Part shown: one piece after another, positions 57,888 to 64,000 of the stretch | How positions within the stretch are numbered: position 1 is the first letter of the stretch | Layout of the letters: each line of letters opens with the position of its first letter | IMG/VR virus record: IMGVR_UViG_3300011113_000415 | DNA length: 64,000 bases | Reading direction: 5' to 3' (one strand) | Origin: a virus | Lineage: Duplodnaviria > Caudoviricetes | Position numbers and translations under genes: made by a program | Notes under the pieces: model-generated | Told to the model about the DNA's origin: nothing | Databases searched by the model: none | What the model saw: only the letters and a program-made list of their open reading frames with translations

Positions 57888-58274
57888 ATGCGAGCCCGTG
57901 AGTTCATAACCGAAGGCGCTGGCAAGCGTGGCGGAACAAGAGCCGCCGCCAGCCACGAGTTTGAAACTGCACATCCTGGTATAGTAGGGCCTGGTGGCAA
58001 GGGAGACGTGTATTGGGGCCGTTATTACGATCATTATCGTGTGGCAACATTGGCCGGTATGGATCTGGAACAATTAGAAAACTCAAGCGACATAAACTTC
58101 TTTGGAAACTTGCCCATCTTCAGTGCCTACACTGAACACGATCGCAAGAAACTCACAGCAATTATGAAAAAATTGGGCATGAAGCCCCGAGATTCTATCA
58201 GTAACGGCAGTCATGAACCTGACTACGTGAATCACACAAGCCCAGTCACAGCATTCAAAGGTTATGCGAGATAA
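57888..58274 (+). CDS. MRAREF...FKGYxR paralog 1
   Basis: MRAREFITE ... YDHYR ... YTEHD ... SHEPDYVNHTSPVTAFKGYAR. Confidence 0.8.
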   Translation: MRAREFITEGAGKRGGTRAAASHEFETAHPGIVGPGGKGDVYWGRYYDHYRVATLAGMDLEQLENSSDINFFGNLPIFSAYTEHDRKKLTAIMKKLGMKPRDSISNGSHEPDYVNHTSPVTAFKGYAR

Positions 58275-58276
58275 CC

Positions 58277-59155
58277 ATGTGTGTAATACTTGCCAAATAC
58301 TTTGATGGTATTGGATGGGCCGGCGCCAAAAATCGCGATCGCAACTACACCCCTGTGCTAGACTTCATTGAAGACAACAGTCAAGACGTGCAACGCATGA
58401 TGATGCATGATCAAGTCACAGGCTACAAAGAAGGCATCAACAATCATGGCATCAGTATCCTGAACACCAGTTTGGATGTTTATGATGATGAAAGTGAAGT
58501 TGAAGCCGGCACAGCAGAAATCAGTCCTGACGGGCAAGTGATTGCCAAGGCTCTGTTACAACACACAGTGCCCGATGCTGTTCAAGTGTTATTAGACGGA
58601 AAACTGGGTGGTTGCACCATTGTGTTTGACCGGGAACAACTGTATCTAATAGAAGCCAGCGACTGGGATGGCACACGTGAATTCAAATCGATTGTGAAAG
58701 AGATTCCAAACACAGACACAGTGGCCAGAACCAACCATGGCATTTGGATGCAGGACACAGGATACCAACGCAGACCCAACAATCGGAGTGAAACACTCAG
58801 TAGAATTTCAAGTGAATCAAGACTTGCACTAGCCGAAGCAGTGGTGGCCACAGCCGAAGAACCTGAGGATTTAGTGGACGGTATGTGTCAAGTATACTTG
58901 AAGAATCCGCAACTAAATATAATGCGGACCAGCACAGAGCAAAAGAAAATGCGCACCACTAGTCAGCAGTTATGTGTTCCAGAAGAAAAGACACTGTATT
59001 GCCGTCCTGTTAGCAGTCATTTGCAATTTGATTTCTGGGGCTTGAATCAACCCAACACTGATGTATGGGTAGAGATCCTAAGCAACCGCGCACTGTGGCA
59101 GAATACACAAGGTGATCCTCCTTTTGGACACATGAAACTAAAAGACGTCAAATGA
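58277..59155 (+). CDS. Ntn-hydrolase fold protein (N-terminal Cys nucleophile; NRDE/C45/C69-like)
   Basis: MCVILAK...GAKNRDRNY, EGINNHGISI, VARTNHG. Confidence 0.7.
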   Translation: MCVILAKYFDGIGWAGAKNRDRNYTPVLDFIEDNSQDVQRMMMHDQVTGYKEGINNHGISILNTSLDVYDDESEVEAGTAEISPDGQVIAKALLQHTVPDAVQVLLDGKLGGCTIVFDREQLYLIEASDWDGTREFKSIVKEIPNTDTVARTNHGIWMQDTGYQRRPNNRSETLSRISSESRLALAEAVVATAEEPEDLVDGMCQVYLKNPQLNIMRTSTEQKKMRTTSQQLCVPEEKTLYCRPVSSHLQFDFWGLNQPNTDVWVEILSNRALWQNTQGDPPFGHMKLKDVK

Positions 59156-59550
59156 GAGCAAGAGAATTTGTAGCAGAAGCAAGATTTGGATCAGCCCAAG
59201 ACGTTCCTGCTGACGCAAAGAAATTACCCAAAAGCCACGCTAGTGCCATCAAGGGTGCTATCAGCATGCCCGACATATCAATGACCAAACAAGGTGGTAA
59301 TCCCTACACACAATGGCGTTTTAGTCTGGCCATGGCCGGAGCACCAGATTTCCCCACACCAGCCGCTGGCGCATTTGCTGGCGACCCGCTGTTGGCAACT
59401 TACACAGACGTCGAAATGGACATCATCAACGCCGCTGCCAAGAGTGTGGGGGCTGGAAGAGTTAACAAACTAACTGACAATCGCAGTCGAGAAGCAGACT
59501 ATGTGCAAAAAACAAGTCCAGTAAAAGGATTCAAAGGATATCCCAGATGA
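59152..59550 (+). CDS. MRAREF...FKGYxR paralog 2
   Basis: MRAREFVAE ... YTQWR ... YTDVE ... SREADYVQKTSPVKGFKGYPR. Confidence 0.8.
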   Translation: MRAREFVAEARFGSAQDVPADAKKLPKSHASAIKGAISMPDISMTKQGGNPYTQWRFSLAMAGAPDFPTPAAGAFAGDPLLATYTDVEMDIINAAAKSVGAGRVNKLTDNRSREADYVQKTSPVKGFKGYPR

Positions 59551-59918
59551 GAGCCAGAGAATTCTTAAAAGAACACGATGGTAACATCAGCGATGATTTT
59601 CGTTATCCCACAGTAGGTCTAAACACCTTTGGTGACGGCGAGCACATCAGTGGAGATTATACATCATACAGACTCATGATGGCCACTGCCATGGCTGACG
59701 GCACCAACAAGCCACTGGATCTTGATGCCAAAAGTTGGTACGGCAAAAGAAAAACAGCACACCCTTACACTCAAGCGGAACAAAACATGTTGAAGCAGGC
59801 TTATAAAGCAGTGGGCGCAGAGTGGCAAGATCTAAATCATGGCGACTTGGAGAGCCAAGAACCACCAGGTGGCAATGCCAAAAGCCCTATCGAACCATTT
59901 AAAGGGTATCTCAGATGA
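59547..59918 (+). CDS. MRAREF...FKGYxR paralog 3
   Basis: MRAREFLKE ... YTSYR ... YTQAE ... SQEPPGGNAKSPIEPFKGYLR. Confidence 0.8.
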   Translation: MRAREFLKEHDGNISDDFRYPTVGLNTFGDGEHISGDYTSYRLMMATAMADGTNKPLDLDAKSWYGKRKTAHPYTQAEQNMLKQAYKAVGAEWQDLNHGDLESQEPPGGNAKSPIEPFKGYLR

Positions 59919-60301
59919 GAGCCAAAGAGTTTATTACAGAAGATCAACATTTGCCTCCTGAGCAAGCAGATCCCATGAATCATGTGTTTGTGTTGCCTGG
60001 AGTTAAATCTTCAGATCCATATCAAATATATCGATTGGGTGTGGCCATGGCCCGAGCACGTAGTGATGCTGGCACACAAGATCCAATCCCCTACATGCCC
60101 ACTTGGAGTGCTCAAGCCGCATTTGGTGAAGAAGCAGTGATTGCTGGATTCAATGGTAATGTAGCGCCGGTGATTGATCAAGCATTGAAAATGGCAGGAT
60201 TATCAGGTGGCAAAGTACAAGTTAGCACACCAAACAGCCTTGAGCCTGCTTCTGTAGATACAACCAGTCCAGTGCGCGGATTCAAAGGGTACCCAAGGTA
60301 A
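59915..60301 (+). CDS. MRAREF...FKGYxR paralog 4
   Basis: MRAKEFITE ... YQIYR ... SLEPASVDTTSPVRGFKGYPR. Confidence 0.8.
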   Translation: MRAKEFITEDQHLPPEQADPMNHVFVLPGVKSSDPYQIYRLGVAMARARSDAGTQDPIPYMPTWSAQAAFGEEAVIAGFNGNVAPVIDQALKMAGLSGGKVQVSTPNSLEPASVDTTSPVRGFKGYPR

Positions 60302-60304
60302 ATA
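60299..60304 (+). promoter_or_regulatory. Late promoter TAAATA (overlaps stop of paralog 4)
   Basis: AAGGTAAATA-tacaac-ATG(60311). Confidence 0.6.
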
Positions 60305-60310
60305 TACAAC

Positions 60311-60691
60311 ATGAAAATTGCTGAACTATTAAGAAACCTAGCCGACGTAATTGATCAAAGCGTACAAAGTGAACATCAATCAACGGCAGAAATTAGTTCA
60401 AGTGAAGGCGATCTTGCGCCGCAACGGTTTGTTCCACCGCTACAACTAAAACTGGAATTGCTGAAACGAGCAGTAGATGTCAACAACATCTACTCGCCCG
60501 ACGTTCCTGATCAAGATGGCAATGTACCACCGCATCAGGTCAGTCTAAGCCAAGGTGACAACAATCCAGCAACAGCACAAGAACAAGGCCGAATAGAGTC
60601 TCAAGGCCAAGATGATGTTAACCAACTTCGTCGTAGAATAGCGGCGCTTTTACATGTTGATGGCGGCAGTGACGATCCTATAGACAACTAG
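60311..60691 (+). CDS. Hypothetical protein
   Basis: MKIAELLRNLAD...FVPPLQLKLELLKR, late promoter. Confidence 0.7.
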   Translation: MKIAELLRNLADVIDQSVQSEHQSTAEISSSEGDLAPQRFVPPLQLKLELLKRAVDVNNIYSPDVPDQDGNVPPHQVSLSQGDNNPATAQEQGRIESQGQDDVNQLRRRIAALLHVDGGSDDPIDN

Positions 60692-60701
60692 GAGTTGGTT
60701 A

Positions 60702-62108
60702 GTGACCACTGCTAACATTCCAAACGATCCTGTAGCAATACAAAAACTCTACACCAGTAGAGATAACTATGCAAATGCCAGCACCTTTGTAGGTGAAGTA
60801 CAACGGCTTTGGTATAATCCTATAACCAATTGTTTTTATGTTTCAGACGGCAATACTCCCGGCGGTATTGCTGTGGGCTGTTGTGGCAATGCCGCTTCTG
60901 GATCCGCTATTTCTGTATCAGATGAAGGCACAGTTATAACAGCCAACGTCGGTAGTTTCAATTTTACCGGAGGCTGGGTCACAGCCACTGCCAGTGGAAA
61001 TGATGTCACAGTATCCATACCCACACAAAGTTATATCATAAACGGCAACAGTTGGGCCAATATCAATACCACTGATGGTAATTTAATAATAAACATCAAT
61101 AACAATCAGTGGACATTTGACACTACAGGTAATTTGAGTGCCCCGGGCAATATCAGCGCAGTAGGAAACATACAAGGCGATTGGTTGATTGCCTCAAACG
61201 GTAACACCATAATTGATACTGGAGTCAGCACCACTGGAAACGTCACCGGAGGAAATCTTGTCACTGTTGGTAATATCAGTGCCACTGGCAATGTGTATGG
61301 AAATTATGGCGTATTCTCAGGTGGTAATACTGTAATTAACAGCACAATCAGCACCACAGGCAATATCATTGGCAATAACATTAGTGCTATTGGTAATGTG
61401 TATGCCAACAACATCATTGGCAATACAACTTATAATGGTGGATCCTATGGTGCTTTTCATACCAATTATCAAACCGCCCTTGATGGCGGCATAAATTCAA
61501 ACTCAACAGCACCTATTGCGGTGACCAGCACAGCAGGATGGCCCACCAGTGGAGCGTTGTTGATTGATGAAGAAGTTATTGCCTACACTGGTATTACTGG
61601 TAATACATTTACAGGTATCACCCGTGACGTAGCAGGATCCAATGGTGCAACTCACGCCAGTGGGGCCGCAGTAAGTTTTGCACAAGTTGCCGCGGCCAAC
61701 ACCCCAACTACCATGGTGATAGATCAAACTGATCTCAGCAATGGAGTAACCGTAAATGCTTCGCATGAAGTTATTATAGCAAATGCCGGAGTTTATAATT
61801 GTCAATTTAGTGTGCAAACAGCCTGTGCTGACAATGCACCAGATGATATTGTTGTATGGTTTGTGGTTGATGGCACCGCAGTTCCATCCTCAGCCAGTTA
61901 TGTGACCACACAACAAATACATGCCGGTCACCTTGGTGCCGCAATCATGACAGTAAACATATTTTATCAGTTCACAGCAGGACAACGACTCACACTAAAA
62001 TGGGCAACCCTGGCTGGTACCAGTGTAATCACTTCATATCCATCTGTGGCAAGCCCGGTAATTCCAGCATCACCATCTGTGATTGTTACCGTTAATCAAG
62101 TGGGCTAA
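60702..62108 (+). CDS. Fibre/decoration-like virion protein
   Basis: GTG start with GGAG SD. RLWYNP...FYVSDGNTPGG N-terminal module, GN repeats, C-terminal YGAFH...GVYNCQFSVQ beta-sandwich-like domain. Confidence 0.65.
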   Translation: MTTANIPNDPVAIQKLYTSRDNYANASTFVGEVQRLWYNPITNCFYVSDGNTPGGIAVGCCGNAASGSAISVSDEGTVITANVGSFNFTGGWVTATASGNDVTVSIPTQSYIINGNSWANINTTDGNLIININNNQWTFDTTGNLSAPGNISAVGNIQGDWLIASNGNTIIDTGVSTTGNVTGGNLVTVGNISATGNVYGNYGVFSGGNTVINSTISTTGNIIGNNISAIGNVYANNIIGNTTYNGGSYGAFHTNYQTALDGGINSNSTAPIAVTSTAGWPTSGALLIDEEVIAYTGITGNTFTGITRDVAGSNGATHASGAAVSFAQVAAANTPTTMVIDQTDLSNGVTVNASHEVIIANAGVYNCQFSVQTACADNAPDDIVVWFVVDGTAVPSSASYVTTQQIHAGHLGAAIMTVNIFYQFTAGQRLTLKWATLAGTSVITSYPSVASPVIPASPSVIVTVNQVG

Positions 62109-62111
62109 ATA
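62106..62111 (+). promoter_or_regulatory. Late promoter TAAATA (overlaps stop)
   Basis: GGCTAAATATTAGCC, a near-palindrome, upstream of GAGG SD and ATG 62135. Confidence 0.55.
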
Positions 62112-62134
62112 TTAGCCTATTTAGAGGTATCTTT

Positions 62135-62959
62135 ATGAAACGAATTCTTGCCCTTGTGGTTTTGGCTGTGAGTCTCTCGGCTCAAGCATGGGATCAACGT
62201 GCTCCTAATCCCCCACAAACCTGTGCAGTTCACTCGCCTTGGGGTTGGGCACAAACAGCCAGAACAGCCACACCCATCTGTAGAGAAGCCTACTTTGTGG
62301 CCTATGACGCTCCGGTAAAGATTCCTGTGTACGTGGCCTACACACTACTGCCACAAAACGCCTTGGGCTGTTTCCCACGTACCAATGCCTTTGTTGCTGA
62401 TGCCAGTTTGAATGGCACAGGTGCTAGACCCGATGACTATGCTGGTACAGGCTATGACAAGGGGCATGCCGTGCCTGACGGTGATTTATCATGGAGCCAA
62501 CAGGTGGAATATGAATCATTCTTGATGACCAACATGTATCCACAACACGGAAGTTTGAATCGTGGCATTTGGAAATTGTTAGAAACATCAGTACGTGGTT
62601 GGGCAGTGCAACGCAACCAAACCTACACTATCTACGTTGGTGCTATCTACGGAGCAGGTGATCCCACAATCGGCAATGGTGTGATTGTGCCACGTGGCTA
62701 CTACAAGATTGTGGTGAATCAACAGACCAACGAAACAGCCGGCTGGTTGTTCCCACACACCAAACCCTATGTTAATCTGGGCAACGATTTGACCAAGTTT
62801 CGTGCGCCCATTGCTCAAATTCAAGAGTATGCTGGTGTTAGATACGCACTACCACCAGGTGTGCGTGAACTAGCACCTGGAACAGAATGGCCTGTGGACT
62901 TTGGAAAATTAACTCAAATGAAACGCCAAAAATGTGGAGCCAGTGCCAGTGCAGACTGA
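62135..62959 (+). CDS. DNA/RNA non-specific endonuclease (NucA/EndA type) with signal peptide
   Basis: MKRILALVVLAVSLSAQA signal peptide. YDKGHAVP (DRGH-type), MTNMYPQ...LNRGIWK.LE, VPRGYYKI. Confidence 0.88.
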   Translation: MKRILALVVLAVSLSAQAWDQRAPNPPQTCAVHSPWGWAQTARTATPICREAYFVAYDAPVKIPVYVAYTLLPQNALGCFPRTNAFVADASLNGTGARPDDYAGTGYDKGHAVPDGDLSWSQQVEYESFLMTNMYPQHGSLNRGIWKLLETSVRGWAVQRNQTYTIYVGAIYGAGDPTIGNGVIVPRGYYKIVVNQQTNETAGWLFPHTKPYVNLGNDLTKFRAPIAQIQEYAGVRYALPPGVRELAPGTEWPVDFGKLTQMKRQKCGASASAD

Positions 62960-63032
62960 TCCCAACGAATATCCTGTATTACCAGAGGACGACGGTCGCG
63001 ATCGATATCGCAACCCTTACAGTCCTGTGTGA
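62949..63032 (+). CDS. Candidate 27-aa peptide (VQTDPNEYPVLPEDDGRDRYRNPYSPV)
   Basis: GTG start with GGAG 9 nt upstream. Overlaps the nuclease stop and fills the gap before terminase. Confidence 0.4.
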   Translation: MQTDPNEYPVLPEDDGRDRYRNPYSPV

Positions 63033-63072
63033 TTTTGCTTTTGGCTTGGCAATTTAGCATAACTAATAGACC

Positions 63073-64000
63073 ATGACCAAAACACTAGAAGGCGTACTGG
63101 TCAAAGCACCATACCGACGCCAGACATTCTCGGATGAGCAACTGCAAGAGTTTCTTGCCTGTGCTGATCCTGTTGACGGTCCACATTACTTTTTAGATCA
63201 CTTCTTTTACATACAGCACCCTACACAGGGCAAGATGTTGTATCACCCTTATAACTATCAAAAGCGACTGATCGATACTTACCACAACAATCGCTACTCA
63301 ATTTCCATGATGCCGCGACAGACCGGCAAGTCAACGTCGGCCGCTGGGTATATTCTTTGGTATGCCATGTTCATTCCAGATTCAACCATTCTCATTGCGG
63401 CACACAAGTACACAGGTGCTCAAGAAATCATGCAACGTATTCGTTTTGCTTATGAACTGTGCCCAGATCATATTCGAGCCGGAGTAACCAGTTACAACAA
63501 AGGAAGCATAGACTTCGAAAACGGATCAAGAATTGTGTCGGCCACAACAACTGAAACAACTGGTCGTGGTATGTCAATAACACTCTTGTACGCTGACGAG
63601 TTTGCGTTTGTGCGACCCACTATTGCTACAGAGTTTTGGACCTCCATATCACCTACCTTGGCCACTGGTGGTAAGGCCATTATCACTTCAACCCCCAACT
63701 CAGACGAAGATCAGTTTGCCTTGATCTGGAAAGGTGCCAACAAGTGCGTAGACGAGTTTGGCAACCCAACTGAACTGGGCATGAATGGGTTCCGAGCATT
63801 TAGAAGTTACTGGCAAGAGCACCCGGACCGTGACGAAGCCTGGGGTGAGAACATGCGGGCCCAACTGGGCGAAGATCGTTTCCGCAGAGAGATTGGTTGT
63901 GAGTTCATTATCAATGACGAAACACTTATTGCGCCCACCAAACTTCTAGATCTAGAACATAGAGATCCGTGGAAACGCACAGGACATGTGCGTTGGTATG
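63073..64000 (+). CDS. gp17: Terminase large subunit, 5' portion; runs off the right edge
   Basis: Hand translation from ATG 63073: YNYQKRLI (adenine-binding motif), Walker A MPRQTGKS, Walker B LLYADEFAFV, IITSTPN. Open to the end of the window. Confidence 0.93.
   Translation, partial: MTKTLEGVLVKAPYRRQTFSDEQLQEFLACADPVDGPHYFLDHFFYIQHPTQGKMLYHPYNYQKRLIDTYHNNRYSISMMPRQTGKSTSAAGYILWYAMFIPDSTILIAAHKYTGAQEIMQRIRFAYELCPDHIRAGVTSYNKGSIDFENGSRIVSATTTETTGRGMSITLLYADEFAFVRPTIATEFWTSISPTLATGGKAIITSTPNSDEDQFALIWKGANKCVDEFGNPTELGMNGFRAFRSYWQEHPDRDEAWGENMRAQLGEDRFRREIGCEFIINDETLIAPTKLLDLEHRDPWKRTGHVRWY

Noticed and set aside
1-64000. Stop-codon reassignment, as in some large phages
   Set aside because: Core genes are intact in code 11, and TAA, TAG and TGA all end genes (e.g. 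TAG at 22765 and 53889).
1-64000. tRNA, tmRNA, RNase P or rRNA genes
   Set aside because: No cloverleaf/TTCGA-CCA pattern or hallmark termini seen in the few intergenic gaps.
63073-64000. Intein or intron in terminase
   Set aside because: The frame is continuous and the ATPase motifs are normally spaced in the part visible here.

Overview
64-kb slice of a large T4-superfamily (contractile-tailed) phage genome, read in standard code 11. It holds most of the virion morphogenesis region: baseplate parts, gp26-like chaperone, tape measure, portal gp20, protease gp21, scaffold gp22, major capsid gp23, neck gp13/14/15, sheath gp18, tube gp19, gp4 and the 5' part of the large terminase gp17. It also holds late sigma gp55, the gp47/gp46 recombination nuclease, an ~17-kb cluster of Gly/Asn/Thr-rich repeat fibre genes, and accessory enzymes (radical SAM, TPR-glycosyltransferase, NUDIX, dNMP kinase, signal-peptide nuclease, Ntn-hydrolase). 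A TAAATA late-promoter motif precedes many structural genes. The most notable unexplained items are: (1) a ~430-nt ORF-free, densely hairpinned region directly behind a GIY-YIG nuclease gene, a candidate nuclease-associated large ncRNA; (2) an array of four paralogous small genes (MRAREF..E N-terminus resembling the T4 capsid-targeting sequence, SPxxxFKGYxR C-terminus) with an Ntn-hydrolase embedded; (3) a canonical T TTT TTC -1 slippery site that would fuse the gp26-like chaperone to the downstream ORF; (4) late promoters 4-7 nt from SD-less ATGs, implying leaderless mRNAs; (5) a probable head-packaged polyprotein. All product calls come from motif recognition by eye. No database search or folding program was run.
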